A DNA stretch of 37,983 nucleotides from Octopus bimaculoides (GCF_001194135.2 NC_068990.1:90862460-90900442), one strand, 5' to 3'. Positions 11,260 to 22,851 are shown, counted from the stretch's first letter. Translations and numbers: made by a program. The notes: generated by a model not told the origin, from the sequence alone.

Positions 11260-11929
11260 ACTCACTCACTCTCTGTCAGTGCGTGCGTATTTGTGTGTGC
11301 TGTGGTGATGGTGATGGTGATGGTGGTAGTGAGGTGTTTTGTGGAGGATAGAGAGAGAGAGAGAGAGAGAGAGTGAGAGAGAGAGAGAGAGTGAGAGAGA
11401 GAGAGGGGGGGCAGTGATTACGGAAGTACAACATCAAACTCGGTTTCTTGCGTATGTGGAATGCAGAGCGACTGATGGGCGTTACACACACACACATACA
11501 TGCATACAAATATATATATATGTATATATACGTACAGAGAGAGAGGGGGGAGGAAGAGAAGAGGAAACGTATAATGGGAGGGGAATGGTGATATTTTATC
11601 CCTTGGGTGGCTTCACGTTGCTCTCGTATCCAATGTCTTCTGAATTGGTAGGATGTTGCGAAAGTAAACGTCACGGAACAATCAACAACAACGGCAGAAG
11701 TAGCAGCAGCGGGGTGGTGGTGGTGGTGGTGGTGGCCGTAGCGGTTGTGCAGCCTGTGGCGACAGCGGCAATGGTGTATTTGTGTGTATGGGGGGGTGTA
11801 TGATATAGGTATGGGGGTATGGTGAGTATCATGGTGTATGTGTATTTTTGTATATGCGGTGAGTAAATGTCCCTCTAGTCTCCGACTTAGACTAGATCGA
11901 GTAGGCCTATGATCTCATGTGTGCCATCC

Positions 11930-12222
11930 GTGCGGTAGTGGAGACAAATACAAAGACACACACGCGTATACTACATATACACCCACATACGTATACACAC
12001 AAACACACACACACATGTGTGTGTGTATGTATATATATATATATGTATGAGATATACAAAGACACACATATATAAGTATGCACACACACACACATAAACA
12101 TAGATAAAACAGGCTTCATCACAGTTTCTGTCTACCAAATTCCCTCGCTGGGCATTGCTCGACCCAGGGCAATTGAAGAGGACTCCAGTCCAAAGTGCCT
12201 CACTGTGGAACTCATCTTGGAC
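11930..12222 (-). mobile_element. Degenerate SINE family A
   Basis: CAGTTTCTGTCTACCAAATT at 12122 and AGACAAATACAAAGACAC at 11942, separated by a microsatellite. Confidence 0.55.
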
Positions 12223-13954
12223 CGCCTCTATTAAGCCCATACATTGTTCGTTTCTTAGGGAATAGCATATTATTAGAATATTAAAATTAGTTGAAGGTTC
12301 TCCGGTTCTATTTTGAATCAAACAACAAGTCTATTTTGAGAATCCTTGTTAAATGGCGCTTCGTCTGTAACTACGTCATAAAAGAAGATCGAAATAACTT
12401 ATTGGTGAATTGTCATCTCTTGTAACAAATGTTAGATCGATTTAAAAACAAATATTTTCGTTTTGTAAAGCGTACCGTTATCCCACGTACAAATATAACC
12501 GATTCGACAGTGCTACTGTACTTGAAATATTTGTCGTTTTGTCTACCAACATCAAATACAACACAAATTGTAATTCTGCTTGCTACGAAAATACCTGGAT
12601 ATTGTCTGCCATGTTTTTTTACATACGTTCACAAACCGTTCTTTGTAATAAGCTAATATTCTCAAACATGGTTATTTCTGGAATTAAAATTTCCTCACAA
12701 CAGCAACTCTATACTCTCTAATAAACTCATTTCTGATATGTGGTTTCACTTATAACTATCAGAGCACACTTCACAATTTGTGTCACGAAACTACGTTTTT
12801 ATTTGCATAAAGCTTCTTTTAAAAACTCTAATTTGCTTACACGCAAAGTCTTCAGTTTTTTGTATTCCTTATAATTGGTCAAACAGTAACATTTACAGTA
12901 ATACTTTTAATATATAAACCTCGACCGAATTTATACAAACGTCACACTCACAGCATTTACTCCCATGGAAAAATAAATATTTGTCGGTTATTTTTTATGG
13001 AGTAAATAACAATCGCTATTTTCCGGTTTTAGAACAAACCAACGCAAAAAAACAAAACAAAAAGAAAGATTACTTTCATACAATTTACACTATTGATCTA
13101 AAATCTTTAATAAAAACAGACAAACGACCAACGCTGCCAGCAGGTGACTATATTTATAATGACATGACCAATAATGAGTCTAGACAAAATATCAATTCAC
13201 ACTGACTATTTATAACTAATAACGACACCTATTACGACCGCACAAATACCCGGTAGCGGGTTTTATTTATTTAGGGCGGGTTTGGGATCAAATATGAAAC
13301 ACTAATTGACACTAATAGAGGTGTGACTCTTACGTCATCAACTCCGACATATTTCAGTTTATGATTCATGTCACAAAACAAACACTACAGCTGACAGAAA
13401 TGTATATATGCTTTCAAGGATGTTGAAAGTAACGCATATTAAGTTTCTTCCAAAGTCCCTACGCTTCAAACGTTGTCTGTCTATACTCAGGAATTTTGAG
13501 TACTTTAGTAGACGACTTCGAACTCGAATGCAAGCGAAGGGTTTCACACCTTGTGATATGAAAGCTTCTTAGGAGAGACCCCTTAGCGTTATTTGTCTAC
13601 TTCTGTTGTTGTTATATCAATCGGTGTTTAAGGTTCATTGTTCTCTATGCTACGTAAAACCACGACTACACAGAATACGGAGATACTGAGTCTAGAAAAC
13701 TGATGCTTAAGTGGTGGGAAGCCACGTGAAAAAAAAGTGCTAAGCTTGAAGTGAGCTTAAGTCAATATTCGTTGTTTGTCGACATGGTATTGCTGTGCAT
13801 CATTCTCCTCTCTGTTTCTTTCTCACATTCAATCATTCAAATACTCATTGTTTTTCTCATCTCCCCTATGCTAATATTTCAGTGGACAGGAGATAAATAT
13901 TCATTATTCCACTATTAGCAGTTACATAAATATCTATAGATACATACACACATA

Positions 13955-13991
<37 letters not shown>

Positions 13992-14089
13992 NNNNNNNNN
14001 NNNNNNNNNNNNNNNNNNNNNNNNNNNNNNNNNNNNNNNNNNNNNNNNNNNNNNNNNNNNNNNNNNNNNNNNNNNNNNNNNNNNNNNNN

Positions 14090-14250
14090 TATATGGGAGA
14101 ATTTACGGAAAAGACAACAGACGAAGACAGGTGGTGTAAACAACAAATAGATGTATTAGTATAACGCTCGGGAACAGAGAAAGTCTTTGACGTTTCGAGC
14201 CTACGCTCTTCAACTGAAAGGAACACAGAAAGAAACAAGGAGAGAAACAA
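14090..14250 (-). mobile_element. Penelope-like terminal fragment, family H2 (copy 1)
   Basis: About 80% similar by eye to 29157-29319. It carries a hammerhead motif, and its 3' end abuts a (TA)n tract and gap. Confidence 0.7.
14185..14220 (-). ncRNA. Minimal type I hammerhead-like motif (U4A, A6U variant)
   Basis: CUUU-CAGUUGA-A-GAGC(GUAG)GCUC-GAAAC-GUC|AAAG, with a 4-bp stem I and a 4-bp stem II. Confidence 0.6.
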
Positions 14251-15039
14251 GGAGAAAAAAAATATAAATGCAGTGGTCAGCGATCTATCATGGCGAATGC
14301 CGAACAGAAGGGTAACACAGGAGAGCTAAGAAAAAGGGGAGATGACAAAGAGGTGGTGAACCCAAGACGAGAAGCTGCGTGTGTGTGAGAGAATGCTGGT
14401 GATTTTAACGTATGCATATATATATATATATATATACAAGTATTGCCAGTTCTTTTGGAAGCATTCGGGGGAAGGTCTCCGGAATTAAGGATACCGTCTT
14501 CTATTTCCACCTTCAGTCTCGAATATCTTAAAAGACGGTGGGAGTGAGAATCACGGGCGTTATCCTCGCTCCCTAACTGAAAGATGAGGAAAAGCAAAAG
14601 ACATGTGGATGACGATACCTTATGTCCAAGGTGAAAGCAATTTCTCTTGTTATTGTTTCTGATGGTGGTAGCGGTTTCTAGTCTCAGGACAGCTTTGGAT
14701 AAAAGCATATATGATCAAAGACGGTTCGGCCGTGACTAACCTGCCTTTTATTTTTCAGATGGTGTACATTTGTAACCATTTCATGCAATGTAGCCCCTTA
14801 TTTCTGAGACGTTTAATGTAGTTTGAGGGAGATTGAACAAGTATTTTCTTGCCGGTCGGGTGATCATGAAGCCACCCGTATTTGGTATAGGTGCGAAAGT
14901 ATGCGGTAAACAACTGTGCTCCTCCGAGGTATTTGGAGCATAATCGCAACCAGCCTAGGATTCGAACCACACCTTACCGCATGTTGGCTTCCAATTAGCA
15001 TTTCCGCCGCAAGTAGAAGTGATATGGTGTTGATAATGA

Positions 15040-15250
15040 TTCTGATGGTGGTTGGCGTGGTGTGATGATGATGATGGTGGTTGTAATGATGGTGGTAGTA
15101 GTAATGGTGGTGGTGGTGGCGGCAGCGGCAGCGGCGGCGGCGGCGGTGGTGGTGTGATGTAATGATGGTGATGGTGATGGTTGTTGTGATGATGGTGGTG
15201 GTGGTGGTGGTGTTGGTGTTGGTGGTGATGGTGCGAGTGATGATGCTTGT
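15040..15250. repeat. Compound trinucleotide array (GAT/GGT/GGC)n
   Basis: Direct reading. It is the source of the spurious poly-H/T/P ORFs. Confidence 0.9.
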
Positions 15251-15286
15251 GTGGTTTATCTTGATAAAACCGAGTGGATATTTGAT

Positions 15287-15322
<36 letters not shown>

Positions 15323-15778
15323 ACGTATGTATGTATGCATGTGTGTGTATGTATGTATTTGAAAGAAATTGCACCAAATGCAGTGCAAACAAGCAGACAT
15401 ACATTAAAAATTATACGAACATAAATATGCATCTACTGTTACACACATAGATGCCTATATATGTTTGTGCGAGTGTGCGCTGAGACAGACAGACAGACAG
15501 ACAGACAGAAGCACCCATGCCTGCACCCACCCGCCCACTGGCCATATTCACATGCAGACACATGTTGACAATTATGAACAAACTGAAGCATGTTGTATAT
15601 AAACTGATACAGATGCAAGCTTTTATACGTAGGCAACATGTAGCCATTCCCCCCTCCCTCTCTCTTCATACATATATGAATATATACATGTATATGTATG
15701 TATATTTGTATGTACATATAATATATACATATATATATTATATATATTATATATATAATATATATTATATATATAATA

Positions 15779-16112
15779 GGCGCAGGAGTGGCTGTGTGGT
15801 AAGTAGCTTGCTTACCAACCACATGGTTCCGGGTTCAGTCCCACTGCGTGGCACCTTGGGCAAGTGTCTTCTACTATAGCCTCGGGCTGACCAAAGCCTT
15901 GTGAGTGGATTTGGTAGACGGAAACTGAAAGAAGCCCGTCGTATATATGTATATGTATATATAGATGTGTGTGTTTGTGTGTCTGTGTTTGTCCCCCTAG
16001 CATTGCTTGACAACCGATGCTGGTGTGTTTATGTCCCCGTCACTTAGCGGTTCGGCAAAAAAAGACCGATAGAATAAGTACTAGGCTTACAAAGAATAAG
16101 TCCTGGGGTCGA
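15779..16112 (+). mobile_element. SINE family A, intact head, running into a gap
   Basis: A-box-like TGGCTGTGTGG (15789), B-box-like GGTTCAGTCCC (15832), internal microsatellite and 3' half. Confidence 0.92.
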
Positions 16113-16359
16113 NNNNNNNNNNNNNNNNNNNNNNNNNNNNNNNNNNNNNNNNNNNNNNNNNNNNNNNNNNNNNNNNNNNNNNNNNNNNNNNNNNNNNNNN
16201 NNNNNNNNNNNNNNNNNNNNNNNNNNNNNNNNNNNNNNNNNNNNNNNNNNNNNNNNNNNNNNNNNNNNNNNNNNNNNNNNNNNNNNNNNNNNNNNNNNNN
16301 NNNNNNNNNNNNNNNNNNNNNNNNNNNNNNNNNNNNNNNNNNNNNNNNNNNNNNNNNNN

Positions 16360-16397
<38 letters not shown>

Positions 16398-16781
16398 CCA
16401 GAATTCCCCATATATGTATGTATATGTGTATATATGCATAATATATGTTTATATGTATATGTGTATATATGAACGTATATATGTATATATATTTGTATGT
16501 GGAGGTGTGTGTGTGATGGATTCTTCCGTCGAAAACGCTATATGAGCTAAATGAAATAATTTTTAAAAAGTGTTGCTACTGAACAACCTGCGCACAGAAC
16601 TTGTTTCAAGTGGGGTAAGTCTGTGCAGAGCCTGCACAACTGTCCACACCCCCAGCCTACATCACCTCGACTTGCATAACTTGCACTGCTGCAATGCAGG
16701 ATACATGCGCCATACACAAAAGGATGCATACCAAGTTAATGATGTAAGACCAAAACAGATCAATACCAATCTCCTTTCATA

Positions 16782-16868
16782 TAGCAATCCACAATATGGG
16801 AAAATTATATAAATAATATACATAATATGCATACATTCATATTTGCATACACACATATGCCTATGCAT

Positions 16869-16940
<72 letters not shown>

Positions 16941-17027
16941 TATGTGTGTGTGTGTGTGTGTGTATGTATAGGCATATGTGTGTATATTATGTATATTATT
17001 TATATTATTTTCCCATATTGTGGACTG

Positions 17028-17030
<3 letters not shown>
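16782..17030. repeat. Foldback with a microsatellite loop
   Basis: TAGCAATCCACAATATGGGAAAATTATATAAATAATATACATAATAT and ACACACATATGCCTATGCATAC recur inverted at 16960-17030. Confidence 0.8.
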
Positions 17031-17067
<37 letters not shown>

Positions 17068-17373
17068 NNNNNNNNNNNNNNNNNNNNNNNNNNNNNNNNN
17101 NNNNNNNNNNNNNNNNNNNNNNNNNNNNNNNNNNNNNNNNNNNNNNNNNNNNNNNNNNNNNNNNNNNNNNNNNNNNNNNNNNNNNNNNNNNNNNNNNNNN
17201 NNNNNNNNNNNNNNNNNNNNNNNNNNNNNNNNTATATACATACATACATACATACATACATACATACATACATACATACATACATAAATACATACATACA
17301 TACATACATAATGTTTGCCTCTCAAACCCTCTTTCATGGGGCCGAAGAGATGAGAGTGGAGTGACGATGATAG

Positions 17374-17623
17374 TCCAGTGACGAAGAAGTGAAAACTGTA
17401 GTGAAGAAGTGGCTCAAAGAACAGTCAACAGAATTTTGCGGGGCAGGGATACATGCTCTCATTCGAAGGGGGAACATTGCTATTGAGAGAAATGGTGGCT
17501 ATGTTGAGAAGTAGGGATGTGATCCACAGAGGACCAGCTTCATTTTGATGTATGTTACATGTTGTTGTGTTGGTAATTATACTTGTCTTAAACAAAATGG
17601 CATTAGTTTTTGACTCACCCTCG
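17374..17623 (+). mobile_element. Mariner DNA transposon 3' fragment (transposase C-terminus plus TIR)
   Basis: Reads SDEEVKTVVKKWLKEQSTEFCGAGIHALIRRGNIAIERNGGYVEK* (stop at 17512-17514) and ends TTTTTGACTCACCCTCG|TA. The TIR differs from the one at 1736. Confidence 0.88.
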
Positions 17624-18010
17624 TACATTGATGTATGTATGCATATATGTGTATACAGATATGTATGTAGATGTATGTACATATATATATGTATGAATAT
17701 ATATACATGTATGTATGTCTGTATGAAAGTATGTATATGTACATACTGTTACTGCTCTCAGTCCTTTCTCTACAGCAACGATGGAGCACTCCTTTGGACG
17801 GTTTCGTCTCTCTCACAGACCCTCTTGCTTTCTTACCAATGTATTTTGCTTCCTGTATAAAGTGTCAAAGCCGACGTAAATAAGTGCGTGTGCGCGTGCA
17901 TCTTTAGGTGCAGAGGTCAAGAGAAAGTACGCCGGCAGTAGTTGTGCAATTCTGTGTGTTATTGCATATACGTTACTGCTCACACGCACGCACACACACA
18001 CACACACACG

Positions 18011-18049
<39 letters not shown>

Positions 18050-18716
18050 TCCACTCTGTGCACATGTGTGCATGGGAGTGCATTTGTAATCGAAGATTCA
18101 AATCAAGAGGAAACGTATTTTCTTCGCAGTTGTTAGAATAGGAAGGGCAGAGTGATTAACATAAGGACCCAGTCAATTTTTACTGCGAGCATAATATACA
18201 TTTATTACATAAGAAAGTATGTATTTTTCGTGTCTATATCTATGCACCCATATATATGTATACATATATGTATATGTATGCATGTATGTAAACATTTGTA
18301 AGCATGTATCATATATGTACTTGCATATATACATACATATACATCTCCGGCACACAGGAGCTATAGAGATAGAATGGGGCATGCCAACGCTAGGCCGAAA
18401 CAGCTGTAAGTTTCTGTATATTCTCCAATTGCTAAATGTACTTTATATTTGTAACCTTAATTGTTAATATGACATGGTATGTCATAAGCATCTGTATATT
18501 GTGGTTTTTGTCATTTTAGTTACAAAATAAACAAATTAATTCGGTGGAATACACTGTCTGCAAGTCGATGGATACCGCATATTCTCCTCCATTTTCTTAT
18601 TGCTACACACACACACACACATATATATATATATGGGTAAGACCAAAACAATGCGAAGTAAATGCATGGTAAATCCCAAGAAAACAAATATGTGAATTAA
18701 TGTAGACTTACCTTGA

Positions 18717-18755
18717 ATTCAATATTTCGGGGGTTATGGCTCCATTTTCAAGAAT
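18717..18755 (-). ncRNA. Minimal hammerhead-like motif, U3-A8 variant, weakened stem II
   Basis: AUUC-UUGAAAA-UGGAGCCAUAACCCCC-GAAAU-AUU|GAAU. Confidence 0.6.
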
Positions 18756-18805
18756 GTGTGTGAGCGTGTGTCTCACACACACGCACATCGGCAACATTTA
18801 TCAAT

Positions 18806-18842
18806 TTCTTGAAAATGGGGTCATAACCCCCAAAATATTGAA
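18806..18842 (+). ncRNA. Minimal hammerhead-like motif, U3-A8 variant, G12A
   Basis: UUC-UUGAAAA-U-GGGGU(CAUA)ACCCC-C-AAAAU-AUU|GAA. Confidence 0.55.
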
Positions 18843-19011
18843 TACAAGGTAAGTCTACATTAATTCACATATTTGTTTTCTTGTGATTTACCTTGCATTT
18901 ACTTCGCATTGTTTTGGCCTTACCCACGATCTTTTATACAATATATGTATATATATATTTGTAGATGTAACTTCAAGTGGATCATCGGCGGAATTTCTTC
19001 CTCCGTCTCCT

Positions 19012-19046
19012 GTCTCTGAAGAAGAGCTTTGCTCGAAACGTAAAAC
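19012..19046 (+). ncRNA. Minimal type I hammerhead motif, family H3, canonical core
   Basis: GUCU-CUGAAGA-A-GAGC(UUU)GCUC-GAAAC-GUA|AAAC. Stem I has one mismatch. Confidence 0.7.
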
Positions 19047-19441
19047 CACCTTTCTTTCCTTCCCTGAGCGTCTGCTGATATTTTACACGTACCACGTCCA
19101 CGCGTTGTTGATTTTTCTTGTTTTTTTGTTTTTTTGTTTTGTTTTTAATGTATGGAAATTCTTCTCTGAATTTGAGAAATAAAACAAACAAGTCCAGTCT
19201 TTCATTTCAAGAACTACTAAAATAAAATAAACCCCCACACTAAATTCCATACTCAAGAATCGAACCTGGGTTCTCATGATTGCAAAATGAATTTCCTTCC
19301 ACTTGGGAATGCTTGCATTCAGGGTTATATATGTGTAGATATCCAAATTTGTATTCGCATATTTGCACTCGTTGTATGAATACACACACGCATTACTACA
19401 AACGTGCCATTCGCCCAGATTATAGATCAGGTGTGAATAAT

Positions 19442-19520
<79 letters not shown>

Positions 19521-20454
19521 ATGTGTGTGTATTTGCATGGATATATGATTGTACATGTATGCTCGTATGGATGTGTATGTGTACGTGTGTGCATGCGAGC
19601 ATATGTGTGTGTATATATTTTCATGAACATATGATTGTGCATATGCATATATGTGTATGTCCGTGCGTGCATGTGTAAGTGTGTGTGTGTGTATGTGTGT
19701 GTGTGTGTGTATGTGTGTGTGTGTGTGNNNNNNNNNNNNNNNNNNNNNNNNNNNNNNNNNNNNNNNNNNNNNNNNNNNNNNNNNNNNNNNNNNNNNNNNN
19801 NNNNNNNNNNNNNNNNNNNNNNNNNNNNNNNNNNNNNNNNNNNNNNNNNNNNNNNNNNNNNNNNNNNNNNNNNNNNNNNNNNNATAAATTATAAGAAATG
19901 AAATCGCCCATGAGAATACTTAAGTAATTTATTTTCACAGTTCCAGGTGTCTAATATCCTGCAATTAACCGAAACAGCTGACTACCGAGAGGCGCGACGG
20001 AGAGAGGAATGGCGGGTGAGTGTTTTGGATGGGTGTATAGGGTTTCCAAAAGAGATGTTGCTACAGAGAGAGAGAGAAAGAGAGAGGGAGAGAGAGGTAG
20101 TCCCTGATGGCATTCAAGAGAATAAGTAGTGGTTGGTTAGAGAATGCATTTCCATGAGTCATGCCATAAAAACGATTCTACGAGTTTAGTACCAATATTA
20201 AACGTCGTTTATTTCGTAAAAAGAAAAGAAAAAAGAAAGAAAAAGAAGAAGGAAAAAAGAAAGAAAAAGTAGATAAAGGATTTGCTCAGAAGTGATTCTA
20301 TGGATTCTTGTGAAGCGCAAAGTGTCAGGTTTAGAAATATTTTTTAAAAATAAAATGTCACGGTTTAAGAACGGTGGGAAAATAGAATCGATTGCGTGTC
20401 TACACCACTTTTTGTTTTCTTTGTTCTTTAATTAGAAACAGGTATTATTAGTGT

Positions 20455-20515
<61 letters not shown>

Positions 20516-20520
20516 ATTCC

Positions 20521-20716
20521 AAGGTTGATTTTGTAATTCATTTGGGATCGGTAAAACAAATACCAGTTGAGCACAGGGGTCGATGTAATCGACTAGCCCC
20601 CTACCCACAAAATTTCAGGCCCTGTGCTTATGGTAGAAACGTTTACCTCACGTGTCCCTAGTTTTGTATTGTCCCTATTTACTTTGTATTCGGCCCTTGT
20701 GGTCAATAAAGAAACG

Positions 20717-20772
<56 letters not shown>
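20521..20772 (+). mobile_element. SINE family B variant, 3' part with (ATT)n tail
   Basis: GGGGTCGATGTAATCGACT...AAAATTTCAGGCCCTGTGC, followed by (ATT)n. Confidence 0.75.
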
Positions 20773-20775
<3 letters not shown>

Positions 20776-21080
20776 TTTAACAAAGAATCGGAGTAGTCCA
20801 GTACTGGGTCCCAAGTAAAAGGAGCTGAGGATTGCAGAGAAGAACCCATCGCCGACGGAAGTACTCGGCTTTTAGAGTAGACCGAAAACGTACTTCTTAC
20901 TTGTGTGTTTTAATGTACAACCTTCTGGATAACAAACCAGTGACTATGTTAATTGGACAGAAGAAAGGGAACCGGTGGGAGGTGAGATGAAAGGATTGGC
21001 TTCTTTTTTTACAACACTGGCGGTCAATGAGAGATTATGCTACAAAACACGCAGGGATCTTCAGGCCTTGACCGACAAAT

Positions 21081-21115
<35 letters not shown>

Positions 21116-21307
21116 CATACATTTATATATATATATATATATANNNNNNNNNNNNNNNNNNNNNNNNNNNNNNNNNNNNNNNNNNNNNNNNNNNNNNNNN
21201 NNNNNNNNNNNNNNNNNNNNNNNNNNNNNNNNNNNNNNNNNNNNNNNNNNNNNNNNNNNNNNNNNNNNNNNNNNNNNNNNNNNNNNNNNNNNNNNNNNNN
21301 NNNNNNN

Positions 21308-21364
<57 letters not shown>

Positions 21365-21548
21365 TATTTTCTACTCTAGGCACAAGGCCCGAAATTTTGG
21401 GAGAAGAGGGCCAGTCGATTAGATCGACCCCAGTACGCAACTGGTACTTAATTTATCGACCCCGAAAGGCTGAAAGGCAAAGTCGACAAGAAGAACCATG
21501 GAACTTTTGGGGAGCCCCATTACCTTGGGGAGCCCCATTACCTCGGCG
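21308..21548 (-). mobile_element. SINE family B with (ATT)n tail and a 54-nt internal insertion
   Basis: Close match to 4741-4870. GTCGAC|CTCGGCG is split by an insert at 21488-21541. Confidence 0.88.
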
Positions 21549-21984
21549 CAGATTAAGAGTTCTGTTTTTTCAACCTTTATGTAATTTTGGAAATATTCCT
21601 TTATTTACACGTCTTTGAAGATGTCTTCTTCTTCACTTTGGGTAGCGGCGGCTTTTTGTAATCCGGAAACGACGTGGCATATATCATTCCTTCGACATGT
21701 TTCAAACTGAAAGTAATATTGTAAAAAGGACAAAAAAAAGTGTGAAGAGAAAATTCCAAACGGAAAAAAATATATCGACAAAGAAAATAACGATGGCATT
21801 TAAATAAACAGATGGAACCACAAATACAAACGCAAGTAGTGACCCTCTGGAAAAGATACAGGAAAGAAAACTGAAGAAATTTGTAATGTAAACACAGATG
21901 CTGGTAACCAAGACAATAACAGAGACAGTCCAATGTCAACAAGTTTTGACTTTAAGTTGTGTCACAAAAAAAAAAAAAAAAAAA

Positions 21985-22825
21985 AATGCATGCCATAAAA
22001 AATTTTCTGATTATCTGAAGAAGAACGGACAATGATTAACGTGGTGTAAGGTCTTGAAAAGTGGAGTAGCTTTTAATGTGCCTTTAAAGAGACGATTAAA
22101 AGAAGTCCATGCCGATGTATGGGAAGATGTGGATTTTATCGGCTGAAGTAGGGGAATATGGATGAGTGTGCTTGATCTTTGAGACTGAGACTGAAACGAG
22201 GCAAGACATTAATCCATGTCCTCACATACCTGCTCACAAGTAAGTTGGATGGCTGGATGTCCCTGACAAGACTTCAATGAAATGTAAGCATACTAGACCA
22301 GACATAGTGATTTCCAAGAAGGAAATTATGCACAACAGTTGAAATTAGTTACCCAGGAGAAGTTAACTTGATGTTTAAGATTAGTGAAAACGATAATACC
22401 TTTGCTGAACTGATGAGAAATTTGCAGCTATTCCATTCAGACTGTAACTTTAGACATTTATCAATAATTATTGATTTACTTAGTTAGATACACTATCTTC
22501 CTCAGTAACCATATTGAGGGGGTGGTTTTCGTAATACCAGAAAGAACCTAATTGAGAGATTACAGCAACAAGCTAGCAAAAACATTGTCAAAATATGCAA
22601 AACATTCATGAAGTTCAGCATGTAATAGGATCCACTTATACAATGATATCTATGACTACGTCCCTATGTGCGTATATACATGCATGCTTATATTTATATA
22701 ATACATACATACATGCATACACGACTACTCTGTTGATGGCGTCTAAATTCCAGAGGAATGATCTTGTTTCTTGGCTACAAACAACCTCTTTCGCTGCTAG
22801 TGAGAAATTCGAGAAATAAAACTAT
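21985..22825 (+). mobile_element. R4/NeSL-like non-LTR retrotransposon: RLE domain and putative 3'UTR
   Basis: 22250-22625 reads WLDVPDKTSMKCKHTRPDIVISKK/CTTVEISYPGEVNLMFKISENDNTFAELMRNLQLFH...LSIIIDLLS...LIERLQQQASKNIVKICKTFMKFSM*, containing the PD..E motif. KMH lies upstream near 21986 and AATAAA at 22815. Outer limits are approximate. Confidence 0.82.
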
Positions 22826-22851
22826 GAAAACGTACAGAAAATACGTGTATA

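Larger units (their letters stand above)
18634..18926. mobile_element. Inverted pair of Penelope-like terminal fragments, family H4
   Basis: Arms 18634-18754 and 18806-18926 match at 114/121 positions with a 51-nt spacer. Each arm carries a hammerhead-like motif. Confidence 0.75.

Noticed and set aside
13244-13275. GC hairpin as a Helitron 3' end or terminator
   Set aside because: No CTRR terminus at the expected distance, and bacterial-type terminators are irrelevant in this context.
14277-14708. Minus-strand ORF upstream of the H2 hammerhead as a Penelope GIY-YIG remnant
   Set aside because: No GIY/YIG or convincing conserved residues, and it is interrupted by a microsatellite.
14945-15015. 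tRNA-like B-box (GGTTCGAATCC on the minus strand)
   Set aside because: No cloverleaf can be built; at most a decayed SINE head.
16514-16540. GATGG/CCGTC stem followed by GAAA
   Set aside because: The CUGANGA core is absent and stem III is not formed.
1391-17623. The two mariner fragments as the ends of one element
   Set aside because: They have different TIR sequences and incompatible orientation and spacing.
18088-18119. UCGAAGA-UUC...GAG-GAAACGUA hammerhead-like string
   Set aside because: Positions 3 and 4 are both wrong and stem I is only 2 bp; compatible with chance.
18393-18413. GGCC-GAAACAGCTGTA with palindromic ACAGCTGT
   Set aside because: It resembles the 3' half of a PLE hammerhead, but no CUGANGA core or stem II partner lies upstream.
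20858-20896. GAAGTAC/GTACTTC hairpin
   Set aside because: Short, isolated and without a family or motif context.
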